A DNA stretch of 64,000 bases from Pirellulales bacterium (GTDB lineage: Bacteria; Planctomycetota; Planctomycetia; Pirellulales; JANQPP01), in assembly GCA_028289405.1 (NCBI GenBank), contig JANQPP010000206.1, positions 1,092 through 65,091 on the forward strand. The letters run 5' to 3'. Shown here piece after piece: positions 28,401 to 39,192 of this stretch (the first letter of the stretch is position 1; each line of letters starts with the position of its first letter). The position numbers and the translations under genes were made by a program. Under the pieces are notes generated by a model. The model was not told the DNA's origin, made no database searches, and worked only from the letters and a program-made list of their open reading frames with translations.

Positions 28401-30820
28401 CGGACCTTATCCACCATTAGATCGGCGGCGAAATAGGCGTTGATTTCCTGGACCGTTTCCAGCGAACCGACCCGAGTTTGAATGCCCTTCAAGATGCGGT
28501 CCGCGGCACTGGCCAGCGCGGCAGCGCGTTTGTTGCGGGCTTCGACCAGCTCAACTTTGCGGGCTTCGAAGATGGAGTAAATCTCGTCCCGCTTCTCGGA
28601 AAGCTGGACGACGAACTCATCGAACTCCGCGAAACGGCCCTCCAATTCCTCGATCTGCACCATGAGCTTGGTGAGAAATTCGTCGCACTTTTCCGGAGTG
28701 CGGCACAAATCGAGATAATTGGTGACGCCCTGGTCCAAGAGCCGGAGTTGAGAACTGAACTCCGCCGCCGCCTCCACGGACATCAATTCTTTGGCCCGTT
28801 TTTTTAGCGCTGCCCGGGCCTGATTGATGCGGGTGAAGATCTGCGAAATGGCATCGACGATGGCGGTGCGCTGCGTGGTGTCGTCGATTTTGAGGTTGCT
28901 CACCACGTCGATGAGCATCTCGAGTTCCGCCGCCGTTTGCTTGATTTCCTCTTCGAGTTCCTTGGCCTGCGCGACCTTCGCCACCTCGGCGATTCGCGCA
29001 TGCTGGCCGGTTACTTTTTGTTGGTATGGCTCCAACGCCGCCGGCTTGAGCAGGAATTCCACGCAGCGGCGGGCCAGACGTTCGGACTGCTCGGAGACCT
29101 CCTGTTCCAGCTTTTCGACCAATGGTAGGTCCACGTACCGCAATTCGCGGAGCCCGATGATCCCGCCGCGCAGCAGCCGTAGCTCGCCCAGGGAGGCCAC
29201 ATAATCTTGAATCGTTTCGAACCGCCGGCGATTGACCGTGGCGAGCGTCTCTCGCGTCTTCTCCTGAATGGAACGGGTTTGCTCGGCGGTTTGCCGTTGG
29301 GCTCGGCGGACCTTTTCGTATTCCTCGACCGCCGACGCGGCGGTTTCCCGGATCTGCTTCAAGATTTCGCCAGGCCGAAAGGCCTCTTCGGCATCGATCC
29401 AGAAGTAGGAATCGACGACTTCCGTGGCGATTTTCTCAATGTCCAGGTAGAGGCTCGCGTACGCCTCTTCCCGGCCAATCAGGGCCAAGATCTCATGGCA
29501 TTCGGCCATGCCCCGCACGATGTCGCGGTTTCCCACCTTGTAGAGATACGATTCGGCGTGCGCGGCGGGGACATGCGTATCGCTGGTGAAGGGCGTTTGC
29601 CAGACTTGCAAGGGATGATGCCGTTGGGGTTCTTCATGTGTGCGGAAGCAGAGCAGTTCCCCTTCTTGGAAAATCGTGAAACCGTGGCATATCAGCGGGG
29701 TTTCCACGGCCTGTTCGATGCAATTGTATTGCAACAGGACATATACGCCCTTCAAGCGGTGGTGGAACACAAACAGCGTGTCCTCGCCGTTGGACGCGGT
29801 AACCCGCCGCGCGAAGAGCATGTCCGCCGCGGAGTGGTCGAATGTTTTGAACTCTCCGCTTTGCAAATAGTAGCCGCCGGGAAAGATCAGCCCCTGGTCA
29901 TCCGGCAAGAGCACGCAAGAGGTGGCCAATTCGTCCAGACGGACCACGGATTGCAGTTTTTCGTTGTAAACGAAGTAGCGGTAATCGGGCTCTTGATAAG
30001 GCCGAATTTTCAGCAGAATCAGATGGCCCAGGATGGCATAAAATATCTCCGCGTCATCGAGCGTCTGGTCGGCATTGTCGACCGGTTCGTCGTGGATCCC
30101 CTCGCCGGAATCCGTGTTGTTCTCCACTTTGATGGTCAGGTCACCGCCGATGGTTTCCACGAACAGGCGGTCGGCGATGGAGACATGCGGATGCTTGCCG
30201 AAGAAATGCTCGTCCCGCGTGGTCCGCGTCCATTCAAATTCATGCTGTGGCGGATAACGGACCTCGTGATCGCTGCGGTTGTCGATGTACTGAAGGCCGG
30301 TGTCCGTGAACAGCCACTTGAACGCTTTGATGTCACTAATCTCGCGTCCGGTACGAAACACCATGTAGAGGTGCGGCCCGGAGAGAAAGAACTGCGAGAA
30401 CGTGGCATCCTTGTAATAGCGGTAAATCTCCTCGAAGTCACGCTGGAACTGGGCATCCTCAAGCAGCGTGAGCGGCTGTTCATGGAACGTGCCGTCACGG
30501 AATTCGTGTACGGCGAACACATCCTCTGGCCGCCGCTCCGTTTTCAGGCCGAATTGGACGTTGAATCCGAACAGAAAGAAACGTCCCACGGCCACGATGT
30601 CCCGGGGCACGCAATTGTGTTCCGTGGTGACCCGTTCCGTGGCAAGCAGCTTGGTCTCGATCGAGCCGAAGACCTTTTTTCGCTCCTCGTTGAGCTGCCC
30701 CAGCCGCTGGCGCAGTTCGCCCGCCTGGGTCGAAAGCCGCTGGCTAATGATTTCATAGGTGCCGCTTTCCAGCTCGATGTCCGAACCCTGCGACGTGGCG
30801 GAGGCGGTATCGGCGGCCAT
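25427..30820 (-). CDS. Giant (1797 aa) protein with a single AAA_5/MoxR-type AAA+ ATPase domain and long coiled-coil regions; function unknown
   Basis: Walker A 'LLLLVSPPGYGKTTLMEYV', Walker B 'NVMIYVDDIQ', sensor-1/Arg region 'VAVVMAGNPYTESGEKFQIPDMLSNRADI' (MoxR/dynein-like) at about aa 1180-1400. Extensive heptad-like helical segments at about aa 480-900. Long antisense ORFs on the + strand are considered GC artefacts. Confidence 0.8.
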   Translation of the reverse strand: MAADTASATSQGSDIELESGTYEIISQRLSTQAGELRQRLGQLNEERKKVFGSIETKLLATERVTTEHNCVPRDIVAVGRFFLFGFNVQFGLKTERRPEDVFAVHEFRDGTFHEQPLTLLEDAQFQRDFEEIYRYYKDATFSQFFLSGPHLYMVFRTGREISDIKAFKWLFTDTGLQYIDNRSDHEVRYPPQHEFEWTRTTRDEHFFGKHPHVSIADRLFVETIGGDLTIKVENNTDSGEGIHDEPVDNADQTLDDAEIFYAILGHLILLKIRPYQEPDYRYFVYNEKLQSVVRLDELATSCVLLPDDQGLIFPGGYYLQSGEFKTFDHSAADMLFARRVTASNGEDTLFVFHHRLKGVYVLLQYNCIEQAVETPLICHGFTIFQEGELLCFRTHEEPQRHHPLQVWQTPFTSDTHVPAAHAESYLYKVGNRDIVRGMAECHEILALIGREEAYASLYLDIEKIATEVVDSYFWIDAEEAFRPGEILKQIRETAASAVEEYEKVRRAQRQTAEQTRSIQEKTRETLATVNRRRFETIQDYVASLGELRLLRGGIIGLRELRYVDLPLVEKLEQEVSEQSERLARRCVEFLLKPAALEPYQQKVTGQHARIAEVAKVAQAKELEEEIKQTAAELEMLIDVVSNLKIDDTTQRTAIVDAISQIFTRINQARAALKKRAKELMSVEAAAEFSSQLRLLDQGVTNYLDLCRTPEKCDEFLTKLMVQIEELEGRFAEFDEFVVQLSEKRDEIYSIFEARKVELVEARNKRAAALASAADRILKGIQTRVGSLETVQEINAYFAADLMVDKVRDICGQLESLGDTVKLDEIQSRLKTVQEDALRQLRDKQELFVEGENVLQFGRHRFHVNTQPLDLTTVVREGDMLLHLTGTNFFEPLDDPGLTEAQDLWNRETISENEHVYRGEYLAYLLWQRSPEDIPLKRRQELRTSEPARLDWVREFMAPRYTEGYVKGVTDQDAARILSALWDLDEHLGLLRYPAPARSLAQLYWRFFLPPQEKELLTARLQGVGRVEQWFPRATPKANYVHELQDRLAEFVERRPLFSPDSLEPAARYLYDEISSSPDFAVSHAAEELARNFQEHLHHQVQEETWRNALTALEKDPASAFQLACDAARAFVREHADPEREGYVEEVALRLLTATPPKRVLEGEPLRVLKDMVGTHPVLEGGNYRLNFHTFFTKLRNFAEVEVPRYEEFHALKKNLVAEHRQGMRLDEFKPRVLTSFVRNRLIDTVYLPLIGDNLAKQCGAAGDQKRTDRMGLLLLVSPPGYGKTTLMEYVANRLGLTFMKINGPAIGHRVMSLDPAEAPNAGAREEIRKLNLSLEMGDNVMIYVDDIQHCHPEFLQKFISLCDAQRKIEGVWNGQPRTYDLRGRKVAVVMAGNPYTESGEKFQIPDMLSNRADIYNLGDIIGDSADVFEMSYIENCATSNTVLNRVAHRHPQDVHTLLKVAEQGGTDGFEWEGNYSADEMQELVSVMRKLLRVRDVVLTVNQEYIRSAAQADAYRTEPPFKLQGSYRNMNRIAERVVSIMNDAELETLILSNYENDAQTLTSDAEANLLKLNELLGNLTPEEAQRWEAIKATFQRQQKLKGAGGDDRLGQVVVQLEDFRAGLDQIGEAVRQGASFLTPREDQASSQVVTPLVEHLGHLQTALTEWGGQFTENLEKWFTQPPRPVKVTVPAQPGYGSEAKTTAEIQDSSPSPTLDGGAPLQVTVVSRIPRSFLQVMQQQFQVMESWLSPLLASGDTQSRELVELRQTLADCTQKYEQLIEELETSLARSRDRNEVDGG

Positions 30821-30986
30821 CGGAAAAACCTCGTGCTCGAAGGACTAAGCGGAAACCGGGAAGCGGATCATGTTTCGACGACGATGTGACATGGCCGGAG
30901 TCGGGAGCCATCTAAAGTCCAGGAGAGGGAGTGGACCTCGAAGTCCGACCTCCCTCTCGATGCCTGTGTGCCGGCCATGAGGGCGC

Positions 30987-33014
30987 TCAACTGGTGGACC
31001 GCTTGCGTGCCGAGTTGCCTCCTCGGCCTGGTTTCCGCAGCAAACTGTCCGCCCGCTGTTCGGAGATGCCGGAATCGCTGGCCAGGCCCAACAGTCGTTG
31101 CAGGTCGAAACGGCTTTCCTGCGTCGAGGCCAGGGAAAGCATCTTGCCGATCAAGGCCGCGATGGAGAGGTCCTTCACGTCGTCGGTGCTGAGGTGGAAT
31201 TCTTCCACGAGCTGCTTCAGCTTGTCCCGGAAGTAGTTGGGATCTCCGTTGAAGAAGGTGTTTTTCACATCGGACAAGACCTGGCTGTTGTTCACGAAGC
31301 GGTCCACGGACTTGCCCGCCTTGATCGAATCGATGATGCGGTCGAAAAATTCGGTCTCGCCGCCGACGATATCGATGCGGGCCGACTTGAGGGCCGAACC
31401 GACGATTTCCGCCTGCTCCTCGGCGATGCGGTATTGGGCATCGATGGCGGCCAGTTCGATATCCTTCTCCTTGTTCAAGCGGAGCTTGAATTCCTCGTGG
31501 TCTCGGCCCACGCCATCGAAGAGTTTCATGGCGTTGGCCTTGTCCTCGATGCCGGTGGCTTCGGAGTTGTACTTCAGCTTCATGACTTCGGCTTCCGCCG
31601 TGCCATGTTTTTCCAGCGCGGTCGCCTTGGCCTCGGTGACTTGGGCCTCGGCCAGGCCCACGGCAGCCTCGTCGGCCGTTTTGGCTTCGGCCAACATCTT
31701 GCGGGCTTGGGTATCCTTTTCCGCCGCGACCCGGCTGGCTTCCGCTTCGACCACTTTTTGTTCCGCGTAAAGTTCCGCGGCCTGTTTGGAGGCTTCGGCC
31801 TGTTTGACGTCCTTGACGAGAGATTCCTGGGCCTGCATCTCCGCCTTGGTCACGGTGACCTGTTTGAGACGGTCGGCGCCGGCGAATTCTTGTGTGTCCT
31901 TGATGCGTTCTTGCTCTTCCACGACGGAGCGTTCCACCACGACGCGCTCGCGGATGACTTCCTGGATGTTCCGCTGCTCGACTTCGACCGCCTTATCCTT
32001 ATCGATCACGGCCAGCTCGACTACGCGTTCCCGCTCGGTGGCTTCCAATTGCCGGTCTTTCTCCACTCGCTCGGTTTCCACCGCGTCGGTCCGTTCCTTG
32101 TTTTTGCGGGCAACGATAATCTGCCGCTCCTTGTTTTCTTCACCGACGAAGATCTGCTCGTCGGAGGCGATGCGGGCCTGCTCCGCGCGGAGCCGCTGCT
32201 CTTCTTGAATCTTTTTGGTTTCCGCATCTTCCCTCGCGGCGATCACGGCGACCTCGCGTTTCTGCTTTTCTTGCGCCTCCACCCGCTGCCGTTCCAATTC
32301 CAAGATCGCTTCGGCGGCCTCGACATCCTGCTTCTTGATCGTCTTTTCCTTTTCCCGCGTGATGCCGTTGGCGAGCACGAATTCGCGGGCGGTCAGGTCA
32401 GTGATCTTTTTGATGCCTTCGGCATCGAGGATGTTTTGTGGGTTGAGGTTTTCGACGGTGGTCTGTTCCAAGTAATCGATCGCGCAGTCATCCAGGACAT
32501 AGCCATTGAGGTCCGTGCCGATGACTTTCAGGATTTCCGCCTTGAAGCTGTCCCGCTCGTTGTACAGCTCCACGAAGTCGAAGTGCCGCCCGACGGTCTT
32601 CAAACCTTCGGAAAATTTGGCGTCGAAAAGCTCGATCAGCGCCTGCTGCTCGGAAGCCCGCTGGCAACCCAAGGATTGGGCAACCTGCAGGATATCGCCA
32701 CGCGTATTATTCACGCGGACGAAGAAAGCGACCTCGATATCCGCGCGGATGTTGTCTTTACAGATCAAACCAGCAACTCCACGCCGGGCGATTTCGATCC
32801 TTTTGACGGAGATATCCATCCGTTCCGCGCGGTGAGCGATGGGGATCACCCAGATCCCGGAACCGGTGGCCACGCTGAGCCCGCCCACGCCGGAACGCAC
32901 GATTGCCTCTTCCGGGCCGACCTTGCGATAGAAGCGGGAAAAACCGACTCCCAGGCCGACCAAGAATAAGGCCAGCACGAAGATAATCGATAGAACAGTC
33001 AATATTTCATTCAT
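30987..33014 (-). CDS. Flotillin / SPFH (band-7) domain protein, YqiK-like, with long E/A/K/R-rich coiled coil
   Basis: 675 aa; N-terminal TM 'ILTVLSIIFVLALFLVGLGV'; SPFH region 'IPIAHRAERMDISVKRIEIARRGVAGLICKDNIRADIEVAFFVRV...'; about 350 aa of charged coiled coil. Confidence 0.85.
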   Translation of the reverse strand: MNEILTVLSIIFVLALFLVGLGVGFSRFYRKVGPEEAIVRSGVGGLSVATGSGIWVIPIAHRAERMDISVKRIEIARRGVAGLICKDNIRADIEVAFFVRVNNTRGDILQVAQSLGCQRASEQQALIELFDAKFSEGLKTVGRHFDFVELYNERDSFKAEILKVIGTDLNGYVLDDCAIDYLEQTTVENLNPQNILDAEGIKKITDLTAREFVLANGITREKEKTIKKQDVEAAEAILELERQRVEAQEKQKREVAVIAAREDAETKKIQEEQRLRAEQARIASDEQIFVGEENKERQIIVARKNKERTDAVETERVEKDRQLEATERERVVELAVIDKDKAVEVEQRNIQEVIRERVVVERSVVEEQERIKDTQEFAGADRLKQVTVTKAEMQAQESLVKDVKQAEASKQAAELYAEQKVVEAEASRVAAEKDTQARKMLAEAKTADEAAVGLAEAQVTEAKATALEKHGTAEAEVMKLKYNSEATGIEDKANAMKLFDGVGRDHEEFKLRLNKEKDIELAAIDAQYRIAEEQAEIVGSALKSARIDIVGGETEFFDRIIDSIKAGKSVDRFVNNSQVLSDVKNTFFNGDPNYFRDKLKQLVEEFHLSTDDVKDLSIAALIGKMLSLASTQESRFDLQRLLGLASDSGISEQRADSLLRKPGRGGNSARKRSTS

Positions 33015-33631
33015 GATGGTTCCTCGGTTTCGGCGGGTTGGATCCAGAAGATATGGGCTTGGGGATCATGGTCCACGAGGGTAGCCAAGTCCCCTTTGTG
33101 CATGGTGCCAGTGGTGGTGCGGACTTGCAGCCGCAACGGCGCTCCGTCGGAAGCGACTTCCACTTGTCCGGACGATTCATCCGCTTGGAGCGAAACGACG
33201 GTGCAAGACCTACCCAGCAGATCCCGCACGCGATTGGGTTCGATGGGATCAAATTTCCCCGACAGCGGATTCGTGACGAGCTTCGCCACAATCACCGCCA
33301 GCCCGCCGTTGCGGAGCATGATGGCGGCCAATGAAGCGTAATCCGTGGCGGGGATTTCGCTCCGCCACAGCATGGAAATACCCCAGTAGGCTAGGGAAAA
33401 CACACTCAGCCAGAGCATGAATGGCACGCGGCCAATATTCAAAAACTTCAGCACGACGAAGCCCGCGCCCATCACGCCATGTGCCTCGGCGTCGAAGTCG
33501 ACTTCGACATCCAGAAAATCGAGATCGAAGGCGCCCAGGATGATCAATAGCCAATAGGCGCAGATCAACATCAGAAGGATTGTCGCAGGGAACGCAGGCC
33601 CCGAGAGCGCGGTCTGAATAAACTCTGTCAT
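33011..33631 (-). CDS. NfeD/YqiJ-like membrane protein (flotillin-associated, OB-fold C-terminus)
   Basis: Start refined to 'MTEFIQTALSGPAFPATILLMLICAYWLLIILG'. TM helices plus C-terminal beta-rich 'VVSLQADESSGQVEVASDGAPLRLQVRT'. 4-nt overlap with flotillin start. Confidence 0.6.
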   Translation of the reverse strand: MTEFIQTALSGPAFPATILLMLICAYWLLIILGAFDLDFLDVEVDFDAEAHGVMGAGFVVLKFLNIGRVPFMLWLSVFSLAYWGISMLWRSEIPATDYASLAAIMLRNGGLAVIVAKLVTNPLSGKFDPIEPNRVRDLLGRSCTVVSLQADESSGQVEVASDGAPLRLQVRTTTGTMHKGDLATLVDHDPQAHIFWIQPAETEEPS

Positions 33632-33969
33632 GACATCATCCCTGGATTCGCCAACGATGCCCCAACGGCGCGCGGGTCCCGTCCATGGCGGCAACCGGAA
33701 CAACCCGTATGATCGGGACGGTCCGGCGGCACGCGTGGGGCTTCCACAATATATGTCACAAAACCCTCGGAGGAATCATCTCCCGATGATTCGCCTGAAT
33801 CACGCCAGCAGCGTGAGGCGCGGACCGGTACCTTCGGCCCATGCTATCCCCTAAGGGCGAAACAGCAGGGCATTTGGGGCGCGGCTTCCACCAAATTTCC
33901 CGATTTTTTCGATGGACCAGGATGCGGCTGCGACAGGAAGGCCCTCGTTGCCACTCGTCGGAGGGGAAG

Positions 33970-36153
33970 TTATTCAGGCGTCGTGATTTTTCGTTGAAAG
34001 AATTCCCGGGCTGCCGGGTGCATTCCGGGCCCAACCCAGTGCGAGGCCTCGACGAAGGAGACGAATTCCGGAGCAAAGGGCTCGTGCGGAGTCTCGAAGA
34101 AGCCTTCCAATAGGAGCCGCACCATCTTCGGCGAGGCGTTGGGACGAGTCGCCAAAAAAGCCGCCGTGGAAACGGTGGAAATCCCCGTGTCGGGGATATC
34201 GTCGCATTCTGGATAGACGTCGGCGGGAATCGTAAAGACTTTGAACGCCAAATGTTGCCGGTGGAGGATTTCCACTTCTTCGCGGCTAAATGGAACGAGG
34301 CGATACTCTCCGCTTGCGAGCAGTCCATGCAGGGCCGAATTATGTAGCCCCGTGGTCACAATCGCTCCATCAAGATCTGGATAAACCTTCAACTTGAGGA
34401 AACTAACGCCGGGGGTCCGCAAGTCCGGCAAACGTTTGCGAAAGTGTTGCACGATCAGTTCCGCGCTGGTCCGCATGCCGGAATCCGGCTCCCCAATGGC
34501 CAACGACACCTTGCCGAGGTCGGCGAAGGAGCTTCCTGGCGTATTTCGACGAACGACGACATGTACTGCCTCTTGATAGAGAGGCGATATCCACATTTGC
34601 CCACTGGGAAACATCGTCGTTCCCTGCAGGATCGCGACATCGACTTCGCCTTGACCGAGGAGACGCAAATTGGCGGCAGAGCCGGGCGAAGCCACCACGG
34701 ACATGCCATGCCCCATCGTCTCTTCAAAATGCGTCCGCATGCGGTGGCCCACGTCATGGTACATGCCATCCTCGATCCCCGTGGCCAGACGGATCGGATC
34801 GGGAACATGATCCGCGCGTGGCCACCACTGCCACGCCACCAGGGCGACGGCCACGATCACCACCGCGACGAGCGTGATCCGCTGTGCACGATGATGATGC
34901 GGCGTGGCCACCGCGACGGGCCGCCCCAACAGAGCCGCCACCAATGGCACGTCCCGCAGCCAATTCCAAGTCCGCTCCGCGAACCCGGCTGGACGAGCTT
35001 CGATCGGCCGGTCTTCTAGGAATCGTGTCAGATCATCGGCAACGGCGGCAGCGGATGCATACCGTTCTCGTGGTTCGCTCCGCATGCATTTGAGGCAAAT
35101 GGTTTCCAAATCTCCCTGTACTTCCGGCCGCCATTGGCTGGGAGGGACCGGCTCCTGATGCACGACCTGGAGCAGCGTATCCACGGCGGTTTCCGAAAGA
35201 AACGGAGGCCGGCCCGTGAGGGCGTAGTACATCACGGCTCCCAAGGCATAGACATCCGTGGCGGAGCCGACCTCCTCGGTGCATCCCGCCGCCTGCTCGG
35301 GCGACATGTAACTGGGCGTGCCCACGATTTCGCCGGTGCGCGTTAGTCCCGGTTCGTCTTCGACGCGCTTGGCCAGGCCGAAATCCGTGATATGCGGCAC
35401 ATCCTCCGACGTCAGCAAAACGTTGGAGGGTTTCAAGTCCCGGTGCAGGATGCCGTGTTCATGAGCGAATTGCACCGCCTCGGCCACGGATTTCATGAGC
35501 TGGGCCACTGTCGTCAGCGGCATCTGGCCGTCCGCCGCCCGTTCACGGAGCGTGATGCCCTCGATATAGGGCATCGAATAGTAATGTTGGCCCTCGAGTT
35601 GGTCCGCTTCGTGGATGCCCACGATATGCGGATGCCGCAACCTTCCCGCGACTTGGACTTCGTGATGGAATCTCCGCACGTCCGCTTCGGAGGCGAGCCG
35701 GCCAGACAAGATCATTTTGACCGCCACGATGCGGTCCATGGGCCGTTGCCGCGCCTTGTAGACAACCCCCATGCCGCCACGTCCTACTTCCTCCAGCAGT
35801 TCATATTGGCCGAATTGTCGCTGGGCGAATTCGGGCTGGAATGTGTCCGCCCGGTTGTCTCTTGTCGACGGTTCTCCTCCGAGGCAAATGGTCTCCTCCA
35901 GCCCCGAAACCTGCTCCTCGGAGACGACACGTGCCGTGTCGCTGGGCGGTTCGTCGGCAATCGGCCCGGCCATGCCGTCCACCATTTCGGCGGTACGCAG
36001 CAGCTCTCGCAATGTATCCGCCAGGTCCTCATGCTCGCGGAGCCACTGCTCCCGGTCGAGGCGCTCCCCTTCATCCCGACGACGCAAGTACTCCGCCCAG
36101 GCCGCGTCTAGACGTTGTTCCTCGTCATCGGGCGAGTGTTCAGTTTCATTCAT
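33970..36153 (-). CDS. Ser/Thr protein kinase with C-terminal periplasmic solute-binding-protein-like (TAXI/phosphonate SBP-like) domain
   Basis: Start refined to 'MNETEHSPDDEEQRL' (directly after sigma-factor stop). Kinase motifs 'VGRGGMGVVYKARQ', 'AVKMI', 'HRDLKPSNVLL', 'DFGLAKR', 'GTPSYMSPE'. TM segment, then SBP-like region of about 300 aa. Confidence 0.75.
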   Translation of the reverse strand: MNETEHSPDDEEQRLDAAWAEYLRRRDEGERLDREQWLREHEDLADTLRELLRTAEMVDGMAGPIADEPPSDTARVVSEEQVSGLEETICLGGEPSTRDNRADTFQPEFAQRQFGQYELLEEVGRGGMGVVYKARQRPMDRIVAVKMILSGRLASEADVRRFHHEVQVAGRLRHPHIVGIHEADQLEGQHYYSMPYIEGITLRERAADGQMPLTTVAQLMKSVAEAVQFAHEHGILHRDLKPSNVLLTSEDVPHITDFGLAKRVEDEPGLTRTGEIVGTPSYMSPEQAAGCTEEVGSATDVYALGAVMYYALTGRPPFLSETAVDTLLQVVHQEPVPPSQWRPEVQGDLETICLKCMRSEPRERYASAAAVADDLTRFLEDRPIEARPAGFAERTWNWLRDVPLVAALLGRPVAVATPHHHRAQRITLVAVVIVAVALVAWQWWPRADHVPDPIRLATGIEDGMYHDVGHRMRTHFEETMGHGMSVVASPGSAANLRLLGQGEVDVAILQGTTMFPSGQMWISPLYQEAVHVVVRRNTPGSSFADLGKVSLAIGEPDSGMRTSAELIVQHFRKRLPDLRTPGVSFLKLKVYPDLDGAIVTTGLHNSALHGLLASGEYRLVPFSREEVEILHRQHLAFKVFTIPADVYPECDDIPDTGISTVSTAAFLATRPNASPKMVRLLLEGFFETPHEPFAPEFVSFVEASHWVGPGMHPAAREFFQRKITTPE

Positions 36154-36773
36154 GGCACGACCGTCCGTGAGGAACAGGCGAACTTGTCCCGCAGGCCACG
36201 CAACCCTCGTTTGAGCAGTCCCGCCACGGCGACCTCCGAGCGTTCGAAGTGTGCCGCCAATTGTGCCAGCGTCCAGCCCTCCAAATGCCGCAAGCGGACC
36301 GCTTCGGACTGATCGGCTGGCAATTGGTCGATCGCCTGGGCCAGCCGGATGGCCGCTTCGCCCCGCATGAGCCGTCGGCTGGGAGAGGACGTTTCCGCTG
36401 GCGGTTCCCACGAGGGAGCCTCTTCCGATCGATCGACCGCCTCCCGCCGTACTTCCTGGTCCACGCTGCGTTTCGCGGCGCGAATGTGCGCGCGAAACGC
36501 TTCCAGAATATTGTGGTCCAAGATGGTGTGCAGCCACGTGACGAATTCGCCGGGCTGTTGGCCCGAGAATTTCGCCAGATCCCGGTGGGCTTCCAAATAC
36601 GTCTGCTGGACGATGTCGGAAGCTTCCACGCGAGCCTGCAAACGGCTTCCCAACTTTCGCCGCGCGTGGATGCGAAAATAGGCGCGGAACGATTCCAACA
36701 GCCGGCCAAGGGCTTCCTCGTCACCCTCGCGGGCCCGCTCCAAGAGCAGTTGATGATCGGAAAAATCGCTCAC
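36150..36773 (-). CDS. ECF-type RNA polymerase sigma-70 factor
   Basis: Region 2 'DIVQQTYLEAHRDLAKF', region 4 'VRLRHLEGWTLAQLAAHFERSEVAVAGLLKRGLRGLR'. Track ORF extends to 36926; likely GTG start near 36773 (approximate). Confidence 0.7.
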   Translation of the reverse strand: MSDFSDHQLLLERAREGDEEALGRLLESFRAYFRIHARRKLGSRLQARVEASDIVQQTYLEAHRDLAKFSGQQPGEFVTWLHTILDHNILEAFRAHIRAAKRSVDQEVRREAVDRSEEAPSWEPPAETSSPSRRLMRGEAAIRLAQAIDQLPADQSEAVRLRHLEGWTLAQLAAHFERSEVAVAGLLKRGLRGLRDKFACSSRTVVP

Positions 36774-37677
36774 TAGTTCGGCAGCGCCGTGATGTGAAGG
36801 GAAGCCATCGGCACTGCCGCGCCAATACGCCGTGCCATCCCTCCAATATATCACGCCGCATGGCGGCTCACATGATCGCGACACCGTGCCGGCAAGAAGC
36901 GAGCGGGCCGGGAAACACCGCACCAAAAAGCGGGAACGGAATGACGAAATGTTTACAATGAGTTGGACTGATGAGTCACCGCAAACTTCGCGTCAAAATT
37001 CCGTGCCATGATTGGTCACCAAAGGAAGGATGCCATGTCGAACCGCATGCTGTTTTCGGGAATTGTCTGCATTTGCTCCAGTTGGAGCAACATCGCGCTA
37101 GGTACGACGATCGTCGAAAATGACAATATGGAATTTTATTTTGGAGAAAGCTTCGATGGCGATTACGAACTTTCGGCGAGGATCTATCAGGACGTAGGTG
37201 CAGGGAACCCCACCGGGGTTGTGTTCAAATATGACCGTGGGTTCTTGGAACCCTACGTGACGAACGTCGACGAAGGTTCCGATTGGTTTCTCGTGGAACC
37301 GGGGAACGCGTTTAGCCGCGAATCCATCGAACGGGAAGAATTTCCTGTCTTCTTTAACGTGCCGGGACCGACCGGAGGCGAGCCGATTTTCGTGGGCACG
37401 GGGGAGTTTTACTTGGGAGTCCGCACTAGCGACAAAGGGATTCGCCCGGAGGAAAGAGACATCTTCGGCTGGGCACGGATTCGCCACACGGAAGAAAACA
37501 TGTTGGAAATGGTGGAAAATGTGGTCTCGTACGATAGCCCTGGTATTATTGTGGGCACGACGCGGATCGTACCAGAGCCGAATACGCTCACTCTGGCTGC
37601 GATGGCGGGAATGCTATGGTTGAATTTCCGCCGCCGTGCTCGGAAACACCAGACCGTATTAGACTCACTCCTCCTGG

Positions 37678-39174
<1,497 letters not shown>

Positions 39175-39192
39175 CCCACAGAGGCAAATCGA

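Noticed and set aside
26456-30889. Long plus-strand ORFs (587 aa at 26456..28219 and 560 aa at 29207..30889) antisense to the giant ATPase gene
   Set aside because: Low-complexity D/G/V/R/L-rich translations with no motifs, typical of antisense frames in high-GC DNA. The minus-strand frame carries intact Walker A/B and sensor motifs and is uninterrupted for 1797 codons.
31098-32969. 623-aa plus-strand ORF antisense to flotillin
   Set aside because: Composed of repetitive L/F/G/D runs mirroring the E/A/K coiled-coil codons on the other strand. Flotillin on the minus strand has a clear SPFH domain.
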